Counted from the stretch's first letter, positions 31,326 to 40,482 are shown. The stretch is 64,000 nt of DNA from Bacteroidota bacterium (GCA_042584125.1 JBHOTE010000001.1:12974-76973), one strand, 5' to 3'. Notes: generated by a model from the letters alone, not told the origin. A program made the numbers and translations.

Positions 31326-31556
31326 TTAAATCTGCTTGACATCAATAATTTTTACCGGACATGCTTTTCTTGCTTCTTCTGAAGCATCAAAAATTGTTTC
31401 ATCTGGAGACTTTAAGGTAAAAAATCCTTTTTTCTCTTGTGAATGTAACAGAACAGATTTTCCATCTTTTTTTGACATTTGAAATTGACCAGGAGCTAAT
31501 TCAACACAGTAATTACAGCCAATGCATTTTTTTCTTTGTAGAGTAATTACAACCAT
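31326..31556 (-). CDS. Ferredoxin, single cluster
   Basis: CIGCNYC...CPV motif; start overlaps the U32 stop. Confidence 0.88.
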   Translation of the reverse strand: MVVITLQRKKCIGCNYCVELAPGQFQMSKKDGKSVLLHSQEKKGFFTLKSPDETIFDASEEARKACPVKIIDVKQI

Positions 31557-32800
31557 TATGCTTCCACTATATTTTCAACAATTTTATAAAGTTTGTCTGA
31601 AGGTCGTATTCTAAACTCCAATTTCATCGTACAAGAGTCTCCTTTTGCTGCCTTTTGAGCACTTTTATCGTCAACAAAAATTTCCTTCACTTCCATTTCC
31701 TGAGCACCTGTTGTTGGGCCTGTAATTAAAATTGTATCACCTACATTTACATCATAGGCTTCAATTTTAAACTCACCAACATTGGCTTTCGGGTAATAAT
31801 GCATTCCTTTTCCTAAGTATACTTTTTTCTGGGTAGCATGAGATCCTGAACCTTTACTCCATTCTCCCAATTTTTGCCCTAAATAGTAGCCAGACCAAAA
31901 TCCGCGATTGTATACTTTTTCCAATTCTAGCATCCATGAAATTACTTTTTCTTTGCTAAAAGTTCCTTCCTCTAAACTATCTATGGCTTGTCTGTAACAT
32001 TTAATTACTCTTGCCACATATTCTGGAGCTCTACCTCTACCTTCTATTTTTAAAACTTTAATTCCTGCATCTCCAATTTCATCTAAAAAATCAATGGTGC
32101 ATAAGTCTTTAGGAGACATAATATATTCATTATCCAACTCCATTTCAAAACCAGTTTCCTGATCGATAACCGTATATTTTTTTCTGCAGTTTTGTTTACA
32201 CGCTCCTCTATTTGCTGATGAATTTGCTGAATGCAAGCTCATATAACATTTACCTGAAACAGCCATACACAAAGCACCATGTCCGAAAATTTCAATCTCA
32301 ACCAACCTCCCAGCTGGGCCTTTTATTTGCTCTTTTTCTATCTGCTCCGTAATCTTTTTTACTTGACGCAAACTCAACTCTCTACTTAAAACAATTGTAT
32401 CGGCAAACATGGCGTAAAATTTTACCGTTTCTATGTTTGTTACATTTATTTGTGTAGAAATATGAACCTCCATTCCCACTTCTCTTGCGGTTGCAATAAC
32501 TGCTTGATCCATGGCAATAACCGCTGTAATATTTGCTTCTTTCGCTCGTTTTATCAAAGTTTTTACAATTGACAAATCGTGGTCATAAACAATTGTATTC
32601 AATGTTAAATATGAACGAACTCCTTTTTCAGAACAACGTTTTTGAATTTCTTCTAAATCATCTAGCGTAAAATTGATAGATGCTCTTGCACGCATATTCA
32701 ATTGTTCTACACCAAAATATATAGAATCGGCTCCATTATCTAAAGCTGCTTGTAGTGATTCAAAATTCCCGGCCGGAGCCATTAGTTCAATTTTCTGCAT
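31556..32800 (-). CDS. Peptidase U32 family protein (TrhP/RlhA-like Fe-S hydroxylation protein)
   Basis: ELMAPAG, HISTQ, LCMAVSGKC...NRGACKQNCR, LKIEGR motifs. Confidence 0.9.
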   Translation of the reverse strand: MQKIELMAPAGNFESLQAALDNGADSIYFGVEQLNMRARASINFTLDDLEEIQKRCSEKGVRSYLTLNTIVYDHDLSIVKTLIKRAKEANITAVIAMDQAVIATAREVGMEVHISTQINVTNIETVKFYAMFADTIVLSRELSLRQVKKITEQIEKEQIKGPAGRLVEIEIFGHGALCMAVSGKCYMSLHSANSSANRGACKQNCRKKYTVIDQETGFEMELDNEYIMSPKDLCTIDFLDEIGDAGIKVLKIEGRGRAPEYVARVIKCYRQAIDSLEEGTFSKEKVISWMLELEKVYNRGFWSGYYLGQKLGEWSKGSGSHATQKKVYLGKGMHYYPKANVGEFKIEAYDVNVGDTILITGPTTGAQEMEVKEIFVDDKSAQKAAKGDSCTMKLEFRIRPSDKLYKIVENIVEA

Positions 32801-32804
32801 AATG

Positions 32805-33836
32805 CTATGATTTGTATTTTAATGCTTCCGACCTTCCTTTTTTGAAAATCTTATTACTATTTCCTTTTCCTTTTCTCATTTCCTTTTGTACCTCATATGG
32901 CAAAGCCGCAATTTCTTTACACTCTTCTGAACAACAGGTATTCATTTTTTCTTTGCAAGAATCACATTGGATAAACAACAAATGACAAGCTTCGTTTTCA
33001 CAATTTACATGGGTATCACAAGGTTCTCCACATTGATGACAATTTGAAACAACATCTTCAGAAATACGTTCTGCACGACGGTGATCAAAAACAAAATTCT
33101 TTCCTTTAAATTTATTTTCTATCCCCGTTTCTTCAACTTGACGAACGTAATTGATAATCCCTCCTTCTAATTGAAAAACATTTTTAAATCCCTTATGTTT
33201 GTAATAAGCACTCGCTTTTTCACAACGAATTCCACCTGTACAATACATCAATAAATTCTTATCTTCTTTATGATCTTTTAAATCCTCTTCTATTAAATCA
33301 AGAGAATCTCTGAACGTATCTACATCTGGTGTTACAGCTCCATCAAAATGCCCAATTTCACTTTCGTAATGATTACGCATATCTACACAAACCGTGTTTG
33401 GATCTTCCAACATTTTATTAAAATCGGCTGCCTTTAAATGAACACCAATATCAGTTACATCAAAAGTTGCATCTTCCAAACCATCTGCAACAATTTTATT
33501 GCGGACTTTTATTTTTAGTTTTAAAAACGATTTATTGTCATGCTCTACAGCTACATTCAAACGAATATCCTTCAAAAAAGAAATAGCGTCTAGTTGCTCT
33601 TTTAATTCTAAAAATTTTTCTGCAGGAACAGAAATCTGAGCATTGATACCTTCGTAAGAAACATACGTTCTACCAAGTACCTCTAGCTGATCCCATTCCA
33701 AGAATAACTTATCTCTAAATAACTGGGGGTTCTCTATCTTATAATATTGATAGAAAGAAATTGTAAGACGGTCTTTTCCCGCCTCATCTATTAATTGCGC
33801 GCGTTCTTCTGCGCTTAACTTATTGTACAGTTGCAT
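32805..33836 (-). CDS. trhO: Oxygen-dependent tRNA uridine(34) hydroxylase (YceA/UPF0176)
   Basis: EGINAQ, DMRNHYE, MYCTGGIRCEKAS, GKNFVFD motifs and Cys-rich C-terminal domain. Confidence 0.92.
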   Translation of the reverse strand: MQLYNKLSAEERAQLIDEAGKDRLTISFYQYYKIENPQLFRDKLFLEWDQLEVLGRTYVSYEGINAQISVPAEKFLELKEQLDAISFLKDIRLNVAVEHDNKSFLKLKIKVRNKIVADGLEDATFDVTDIGVHLKAADFNKMLEDPNTVCVDMRNHYESEIGHFDGAVTPDVDTFRDSLDLIEEDLKDHKEDKNLLMYCTGGIRCEKASAYYKHKGFKNVFQLEGGIINYVRQVEETGIENKFKGKNFVFDHRRAERISEDVVSNCHQCGEPCDTHVNCENEACHLLFIQCDSCKEKMNTCCSEECKEIAALPYEVQKEMRKGKGNSNKIFKKGRSEALKYKS

Positions 33837-34054
33837 GCTATACCAATTTTAGTTAAACAAATATTTTTGCAAAAATAAGCATTTGTATTGAGTCACTAGT
33901 GCAAGCTCCAAGTTTTTATTTACCAATACATTTGAGCTACTACTTTAATAAAAAACCAATACATAAACAGTAGCAGCATATTTAATTCTAGCGGGTCATC
34001 TTTTTCTCTTTACTAAGTATAGCTCAATAATTTTTGAGGCTCAAATATTAACAC

Positions 34055-34087
34055 AAAAAAGCCTCAGTTTACACTGAAGCTTTTTTT
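34055..34087 (-). terminator. Intrinsic terminator of the psr-like operon
   Basis: Minus strand GCTTCAGT-GTAA-ACTGAGGC-TTTTTT; GNRA loop, and the G.U pair works only on the minus strand. Confidence 0.8.
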
Positions 34088-34228
34088 AGAACAGCCATAG
34101 CTATTCCTAAATAGCGACCAACATATTATGCATTGTTCATTTTTGGGGAACAAACTTATTTATACAATAATTTCGGTTGGTCTAGTCAGAAAATAATGAT
34201 ACATCTCTGTCGTCACTAAACTGAATTC

Positions 34229-34285
34229 TTAGCAACCTCCTTCTGGTGCGCTTTTTTTCTTTTTCCTAACAGTAATTATTTTTTT
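34229..34285 (-). repeat. Copy 1 of duplicated 57-bp 3' gene end (KKIITVRKKKKSAPEGGC*)
   Basis: Differs from 34876..34932 at 6 synonymous codon positions plus the stop codon. Confidence 0.9.
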
Positions 34286-34831
34286 AGAAGTTTTCCGTAT
34301 TGACGTTTGACTTTTTGAGCTTTTAAGAACCTCTGCATAGTTTACTAAAGGCTTTTCTATTTGAATATTTTTTGTTTGAAATTGATTGTTAACGAAAAGT
34401 GTTTCAATACTAAGAATTTTAGCATTTTCATATCCCATTTGATATAAAAACATCCAAACACTATCGGCATTGTTTGGATGATCACTATAAAGTAATATCA
34501 TTCTATTACTTTCATTCATTTTATTAAAAAACTCAATACTTTCATTATCAATAACATTATGAGTAGGAATATTTACAGCACCATTTAAATGACTCTTTTC
34601 ATATTCGTAAGTACTACGAAGATCTATTAATTGGTATTCAGACGGACTTAGTTTTTTTAAGTCGCTTTTAGACAAAATATAATCTTGTTGAACAACTTTT
34701 TCTAAAGTACTCGCAGAGTTTTTATCAAAAACATGCTGAGGCTTCTTAAACGTTAAAACCCCTACTACTATGACGAGTAAAAATAAAACTGAAGAAATTC
34801 TTATTCGTTTCGTTTTTTCTAATTCTTTCAT
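34229..34831 (-). CDS. Membrane-anchored rhodanese-fold protein lacking the active-site Cys, with C-terminal GGC arm
   Basis: N-terminal TM helix; IDLRS..EY..SHL.GAVNIP; active loop LLYSD (Ser for Cys); ends KKKKSAPEGGC. Confidence 0.85.
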   Translation of the reverse strand: MKELEKTKRIRISSVLFLLVIVVGVLTFKKPQHVFDKNSASTLEKVVQQDYILSKSDLKKLSPSEYQLIDLRSTYEYEKSHLNGAVNIPTHNVIDNESIEFFNKMNESNRMILLYSDHPNNADSVWMFLYQMGYENAKILSIETLFVNNQFQTKNIQIEKPLVNYAEVLKSSKSQTSIRKTSKKIITVRKKKKSAPEGGC

Positions 34832-34875
34832 GATTTTACAATGATTATATTAAAATTTAATCTTCAATTAAAAAA

Positions 34876-34932
34876 CTAGCAACCTCCTTCTGGAGCACTC
34901 TTTTTCTTTTTTCTAACTGTGATTATTTTTTT
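34876..34932 (-). repeat. Copy 2 of duplicated 57-bp 3' gene end
   Basis: Encodes the same 18-aa peptide as 34229..34285. Confidence 0.9.
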
Positions 34933-35529
34933 AGTTTTTTTAACTTTACTATTTTCAGATTCAACAGCTCCTACTCCAAAATACATTCCGGCACCTTTCC
35001 TAAAAGAATATAAATCAAACTCTTTTTTTGGCATAGATTCAGTAGGGTACTTTGGGTTAATAATAGTACTGAACCATCTATTTAAACCTCCTTTTAAAAC
35101 ATATAAATTTTGATAGCCAAGTCTATTACCAATCATCCAAGCTTCATTTGCATAAAAATGGTCATTAGAATACAAGACTACATCATAACTATCTTGATTT
35201 AAAAAACCATTGAACTCTTCATCAAGAAAATTTTTAAGAGGAATGTTTATGGCATTTGGCAAGGCAAACTCATTAAATTCATTTTCAGACCTTGTATCAA
35301 CAAGCAATACCGTAGGATCTTGATTTATCAACCTTTCGGCAAGTAGGTCTGTACTTATATATCTGTCAATTTTTAGTGCATTTTTAACAAACAACTCAGG
35401 ACTAATACCTTCGTTCTTTTTGTACTTAGGCAACAACACTAATCCGAAGGCAAGTATTAGTAGTACCAAAGCTAGAATTGTATACGATTTTTTAGCAAGA
35501 ATTTTTTGTGTTGTATAGTATATAGACAT
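34876..35529 (-). CDS. Membrane-anchored rhodanese-fold protein lacking the active-site Cys, with C-terminal GGC arm
   Basis: N-terminal TM helix; VDTRS..EF...LPNAINIP, VVLYSN (Ser for Cys), LKGGL..W; ends KKKKSAPEGGC. Confidence 0.87.
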   Translation of the reverse strand: MSIYYTTQKILAKKSYTILALVLLILAFGLVLLPKYKKNEGISPELFVKNALKIDRYISTDLLAERLINQDPTVLLVDTRSENEFNEFALPNAINIPLKNFLDEEFNGFLNQDSYDVVLYSNDHFYANEAWMIGNRLGYQNLYVLKGGLNRWFSTIINPKYPTESMPKKEFDLYSFRKGAGMYFGVGAVESENSKVKKTKKIITVRKKKKSAPEGGC

Positions 35530-35541
35530 CGTTGTACAATT

Positions 35542-36132
35542 TTAGTAAAAAATATTTTTAACTTTTGTTCTTACAATATCAGCAACTATAAATGATAGAA
35601 TTGCGATAATTGCGAAGATTAAAATAATTGTATAAGGAGATATTTCTAAAACATCTACCATTGTAATATTTCCTAAGCTAGAGCCTGTAAACAAAGGTTC
35701 TATAACACTAAATGCTTCTGCAAATATAAATACCCCTAAAAGAATACCTATTGTAAACACAATGGCATCAATTTTACCAATTGCCGCTCCACAGAAACTA
35801 GTTCCCGGACAGAATCCTCCAGATAAAAATCCTATCCCCATAATCACACCTCCAACAATTGCCGCCCATAAATAGGTTGGATGCACATAAAGCTGAGAAA
35901 TATCAACCCAATTTAAATAATCCATATAATACAAACCGATTACTGACACTGCCGCCGCAGTGAAAAAAACTTTCAACACAACAAAATCGTACCCATAAAA
36001 CACGCCTGCTAATTTTCTTGAAGATGAAAACCCGGAGGATTCTAGAATATAGCCAAAGGCCATTCCGATAAATATTGCTATAATATAATTCCATTCCATT
36101 GGAATGATACCGTTAGGAATTAGTGGTCCCAT
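35542..36132 (-). CDS. YeeE/YedE sulfur-compound transporter, half-size subunit
   Basis: Hydrophobic; FGYILESSGF, GG.IMG.G..GGFCPGTS motifs. Confidence 0.88.
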   Translation of the reverse strand: MGPLIPNGIIPMEWNYIIAIFIGMAFGYILESSGFSSSRKLAGVFYGYDFVVLKVFFTAAAVSVIGLYYMDYLNWVDISQLYVHPTYLWAAIVGGVIMGIGFLSGGFCPGTSFCGAAIGKIDAIVFTIGILLGVFIFAEAFSVIEPLFTGSSLGNITMVDVLEISPYTIILIFAIIAILSFIVADIVRTKVKNIFY

Positions 36133-36151
36133 AATTTTTTATTTTATATAA

Positions 36152-36682
36152 TTAAATCCAATTTTTTCTAAAGAAATACGCAACAATAAACCCTGTTCCA
36201 AAAATAGAAAGCATGGTTACAAATCCCCCAAGAGACAATACAGCCATTCCACTTAAAGCGGCGCCACTTGTACAACCTCTTGCAATTTGAGCACCTAACC
36301 CAAACATTAAGCCTCCTAACAAAGCAAAAATGATTCTTCTTTTACTAGTGATTTTAGGAGAATGCTCAATTTCAAATTTTAAACGGCCTTTAAATGCACC
36401 TGATAAAAATGCTCCTAGAAACACTCCTAAAGCTTCAAATACCAACCAATTATTTAAAGGAGATTCTCCCTCTTTTATGAATTCACTGTAATACCCATTA
36501 TTTTCAGCATGGCTAGGAGCAACAGCATTAACTATGGACACCACCCCACTTTTCATTGCACCACTAGCCCCTAAACCTCTACCTGTAAAATAAAAAGTAA
36601 AAATGATTAAAAGTCCAAGTAGAAGTCCCCCAAAATATGGATTCCAATAAACACGCTTTTTTTGTTGATTTATATTTTTCAT
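36152..36682 (-). CDS. YeeE/YedE sulfur-compound transporter, half-size subunit
   Basis: YWNPY.GG, GLGASG, LGGLMFGLGAQIARGCTSG motifs. Confidence 0.88.
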   Translation of the reverse strand: MKNINQQKKRVYWNPYFGGLLLGLLIIFTFYFTGRGLGASGAMKSGVVSIVNAVAPSHAENNGYYSEFIKEGESPLNNWLVFEALGVFLGAFLSGAFKGRLKFEIEHSPKITSKRRIIFALLGGLMFGLGAQIARGCTSGAALSGMAVLSLGGFVTMLSIFGTGFIVAYFFRKNWI

Positions 36683-36701
36683 TTCCTTCTGTTTTTATTT
36701 T

Positions 36702-37643
36702 TTAATACAAGTATCTTGTTATTTGACCTGCTTCTACCATGACCATTCTAAAAATAAATCCTCCAATTAGTATTAAAACTGCAGGAACTACAATAGGTAC
36801 TTTATAGCCCAGAAGCTCTATTCCTTCTAACAAAGCAGGGAAAATCAATCCCAAAATCACCACAAAGACAAAAAACATTACCGTATACTCTCCTTTTACA
36901 AGTATATCCAAAGCCTCCAATTGTACTTCTGATCCAGCATACATTCCCATTAACATGTGACTAATTAGGAATAATTCAATTACTATAAGTAATAAATCTA
37001 TTTTACTAAGAGTACTTTGTTCATAATGATTTTTAGAAACTAAAAGAATAGCGGCTACTCCTGTAGATAATCCAGAAACTAAAAAAAGAGGACCTAAAAT
37101 GGCATTATTCCATAGGGGTCTTGCATTGAAAGCAGACAATAAAATTCCTGTATAAATACCTAATATAATAGAAAGAGGTAGCATAGCTAATGCCATTGAT
37201 TTTCTGTTTTGTATAAAGAACTTTTCAAGTTTTTGCATCAACTTATATTTCCAACTCCATTTCGGAAATATTTCGGTGAAGTAACTAAAGCACCAAAAAA
37301 AAGAGATAAACGTAATAATTAATAAAACCCAAGCTCCCCAAGACATTGGTGATTCAATTCTAAAGGTTGTATATAACCTCCAAACATTTAATTTATTTGT
37401 TAAATCATAAAACAGTGCTGCCAAACCAATACTTAATGCGATAGGTACGATAAGCATTGCTTGTTTCACGGTTGCAGGGAATTGTTTTTCCTTTTTTAAA
37501 ACGGTTACCAATGCCGCAAAAAACATAATTCCTGCTGCCAAACCCCCTAAAAACAAATAAATAGAAATAGGTAAATGCCAAATTTCTAAAACTGGATCTA
37601 TGTTTGGAATATTTCTTCCGCTAATGAAAATTTCTTCTTGCAT
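36702..37643 (-). CDS. psrC: NrfD/PsrC family membrane anchor (quinone-interacting)
   Basis: W..PI..YLFLGGLAAG, SPMSWGAW, YTGILLS..ARPLWN motifs. Confidence 0.9.
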   Translation of the reverse strand: MQEEIFISGRNIPNIDPVLEIWHLPISIYLFLGGLAAGIMFFAALVTVLKKEKQFPATVKQAMLIVPIALSIGLAALFYDLTNKLNVWRLYTTFRIESPMSWGAWVLLIITFISFFWCFSYFTEIFPKWSWKYKLMQKLEKFFIQNRKSMALAMLPLSIILGIYTGILLSAFNARPLWNNAILGPLFLVSGLSTGVAAILLVSKNHYEQSTLSKIDLLLIVIELFLISHMLMGMYAGSEVQLEALDILVKGEYTVMFFVFVVILGLIFPALLEGIELLGYKVPIVVPAVLILIGGFIFRMVMVEAGQITRYLY

Positions 37644-37655
37644 GATTGCTGTTTG

Positions 37656-38189
37656 TTAGGTTAGATAATACACATTAGGCTTTGTTCCCGCTTCTGGTGC
37701 TAAAACTTTATGAGTTCTTGATTTAAGTAATTGAGATACTTTACTTGCTGGATCATCAATATCTCCGAAATACATACATTTTGTAGGACATACAGATACG
37801 CAGGCTGGTAGCTGTCCTTTTTCTAAGCGATGGTGACAAAATGTACATTTATCAACATGTCCCTCAGGATGCTGATAACGTGCATCATACGGACAAGATT
37901 CTATACATGCACCGCAACCAATACACATATCTTTTGTAACCATAACAATTCCACCCTCTATAATATGACTAGCACCCGTTGGGCAACATCTTACACAAGG
38001 TGCATTTGTACAATGATTACATCTTTCAGATTTTAATTCTAATTCTATTGATGGATATTTCCCACTTACAGTTTCTGTTACCCAATCTCTACAATACCCT
38101 TCAGGAATGTCATTTTCTGTTTGACACGCAACAACACAGTCGCTGCATCCTACACACTTTAAAGTGTCTATTACCATTGCATATCTCAT
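37656..38189 (-). CDS. psrB: 4x[4Fe-4S] electron-transfer subunit (PsrB/NrfC)
   Basis: CVGCSDCVVAC, CNHCTNAPCVRCCP, CIGCGACIESCP, CTFC...PACVSVCP motifs. Confidence 0.92.
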   Translation of the reverse strand: MRYAMVIDTLKCVGCSDCVVACQTENDIPEGYCRDWVTETVSGKYPSIELELKSERCNHCTNAPCVRCCPTGASHIIEGGIVMVTKDMCIGCGACIESCPYDARYQHPEGHVDKCTFCHHRLEKGQLPACVSVCPTKCMYFGDIDDPASKVSQLLKSRTHKVLAPEAGTKPNVYYLT

Positions 38190-40429
38190 ACTTCTCTTTC
38201 TTTATTTGGGTTCTCCGTTAAAATTTTAATAAAATTACCTCTTAAGCCCGTTCCTCCCATTAGAGGGTCAATAGCAACTTTAGTAATCATTTCAGTATCA
38301 CTAACACCTTTACCATAAGCTCTTGTTAATTTTTTATTATTATGTCCAAAACCATGGTATAAGTAAACAGAATCCCATCTTACACGCTCGGTAACCCTTA
38401 CTTTAATTGGGAATGAAGAAATAACTCCATCTTGATTTTCTAACCATACTTCTTGATTATTGGTCAAATCTTCAACTCTAGCTACTTTAGGATTTACCCA
38501 AAGTTTATTTTCGTTTTTTAAATCACTTAAATAGCGATTGTTGATGGTCCTACTAAATGTATGCATCGGAGAACGACCATAATTCAATCTATAAAACCCT
38601 TGTTCTGGTTCTGGGTGAGCTGTGTATTTAGGCATAGGATCTAGACCTAATTCTGCTAATGAAGTTGAATAAAACTCTACTTTTCCTGTGTTTGTTGGGA
38701 ATTCATAAGCTTGTCCTTTTTCTAAAAATAATGGCCCCGATTTACGATCAAACATTTTGACTCCTATTTTTTTCATTTCTTCTAAAGAAGTTCCCATTTT
38801 TTCAAGTTGCCAAGAAATAACTTCTTCAAAGTCGTCATATTTAAAATAATCTCCTAACCCTAATTTTTCACCAATTTGTTTTGAAATCCACCAAGCAGGT
38901 TTTGTTTCATATTTCGGTTTTACCGCCGGACATCTTAAAGCAATTGAAGGAATTCTATTTGTAGCAGACCTAATGCCATCATAACGTTCTAAGTAAGTAC
39001 ATTCAGGCAAGATAACATCAGCATAACCTGTAATTTCCATCGGCATTGTATCCATTACCACCAAAAACTCTAAGGCTTCAATAGCTTCAATTGTTTTTTC
39101 TCGTTGAGGTAAGGTATTTACCAAGTTAGTTCCTGCAACAAACCAAGCTTTAATTTGATGTTTTGTGTTTTTGTTAGGAATAGAGGCATTTACCAATTCA
39201 CTGGTTATCCCCATTTCAGCAAAAGGATATTTCTCTCCTAGCTCTTCCCAACCCCATTTTGGATGAGGATATGCAGGGTGTGGATATTTAGGAACCGAAA
39301 CTTTTTCTTTAAAATAAAATCCTCCACGATTCCCCCAAGAACCTAACAAACCATTTAACATAGCTACTGCTCTTGCTCTTTGAGAATCATCACCATACCA
39401 AGTTACGTGTCTTCCAGGATGCACAATAGTTGCTGGCGCAGCCGCTGCCATTACTCTAGCAGTTTTTCTTATTTCTTCTGGCTTTATAGTCGTAATTCCA
39501 TATGCCCATTCAGGAGTGAAATTTTTAACATGTTCTTTTAATTCTTCAAAACCAAAACCATATTGTTCTACATAATCTTTGTTATAAATATCTTCATAAA
39601 TTAAAACATGCATCCAAGAAAGAAGCAATGCAATATCTGTTGATGGCTTAATTGCTAACCAATGTGAAGCCTTACTCGCAGCGGTAGATAACCTTGGATC
39701 TACAGCAATAATATCAGCTCCATTATCAATAGCATCAGCCATTTCTTGTACTTGAGAGTTGTGCATATTCTCACCAATATGAGAACCTATTAACACAAGG
39801 CATTTCGTATCTCTAATATCTGTAGGCTCAGGAGAACCAATCCAAGAACCAAAAGTTAAACCAAACCCAGTTTCTCTTGGCCCTCTACACTGAGCATATG
39901 CGGGTTCACCAATCGTATCAGAACCATAGGCTTTAAATAAATGTTCTAGGTGACTTCCAGGTGAGCCATGTTTAAGCAATGCCATACTTTCAGCTCCATA
40001 AGTCTCTTTAATTCCTTTCATTTTAGAAGCAACAAGTGTCAATGCCTCTTCCCAACTTGCCTTTCTAAAAGTATCTTCTTGACCTTCTTTTTTTACTCTA
40101 ATTAACGGAGTTTTTAAACGATCTTCATCAGAATACATCCCTACACCACCAGTTCCTCTTGGACACAAACGACCAAAACAGTGAGGATCTGTTTCATTTC
40201 CTATTATTTTTTTTATATTATTTTCTTTATCTGTATAAGCCCAAGCCGCACATTTCCAAAAACAAACTTCACAATAGGTTGCAGTTCGCTTTAGATTTTT
40301 TACACTTTCAGCAAGAATATTATTCTCTGTTAAACTTTGACTAAGAGAATTGATTGCTGTACCAAAAAGAGCAACTCCTGAAGCGCTAAGGGCAGATATT
40401 TTAATAAATGATCTTCTTGAAGTAACCAT
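38186..40429 (-). CDS. psrA: Tat-exported Mo-bis-PGD oxidoreductase catalytic subunit, polysulfide/thiosulfate reductase (PsrA/PhsA) clade
   Basis: SRRSFIK twin-arginine signal; CEVCFWKC...LCPRG cluster; candidate Mo-ligand Cys in AQCRGPR; HPGRH, ADVILP and HGFGH motifs. Confidence 0.88.
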   Translation of the reverse strand: MVTSRRSFIKISALSASGVALFGTAINSLSQSLTENNILAESVKNLKRTATYCEVCFWKCAAWAYTDKENNIKKIIGNETDPHCFGRLCPRGTGGVGMYSDEDRLKTPLIRVKKEGQEDTFRKASWEEALTLVASKMKGIKETYGAESMALLKHGSPGSHLEHLFKAYGSDTIGEPAYAQCRGPRETGFGLTFGSWIGSPEPTDIRDTKCLVLIGSHIGENMHNSQVQEMADAIDNGADIIAVDPRLSTAASKASHWLAIKPSTDIALLLSWMHVLIYEDIYNKDYVEQYGFGFEELKEHVKNFTPEWAYGITTIKPEEIRKTARVMAAAAPATIVHPGRHVTWYGDDSQRARAVAMLNGLLGSWGNRGGFYFKEKVSVPKYPHPAYPHPKWGWEELGEKYPFAEMGITSELVNASIPNKNTKHQIKAWFVAGTNLVNTLPQREKTIEAIEALEFLVVMDTMPMEITGYADVILPECTYLERYDGIRSATNRIPSIALRCPAVKPKYETKPAWWISKQIGEKLGLGDYFKYDDFEEVISWQLEKMGTSLEEMKKIGVKMFDRKSGPLFLEKGQAYEFPTNTGKVEFYSTSLAELGLDPMPKYTAHPEPEQGFYRLNYGRSPMHTFSRTINNRYLSDLKNENKLWVNPKVARVEDLTNNQEVWLENQDGVISSFPIKVRVTERVRWDSVYLYHGFGHNNKKLTRAYGKGVSDTEMITKVAIDPLMGGTGLRGNFIKILTENPNKEREV

Positions 40430-40454
40430 AGGTTTATTTATTTAATATGGAATA

Positions 40455-40462
40455 CAAAACTA
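40455..40462 (-). promoter_or_regulatory. -7 promoter element of the psr operon
   Basis: TAGTTTTG on the minus strand, 26 bp before the psrA ATG. Confidence 0.65.
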
Positions 40463-40482
40463 GTTCGCAGGACAAGTAATAC

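Noticed and set aside
34229-34878. Possible selenocysteine or pyrrolysine extension after the GGC tails
   Set aside because: The stops are TAA and TAG, not TGA, and fall at the same position in both paralogues, so the Cys is the true C-terminus.
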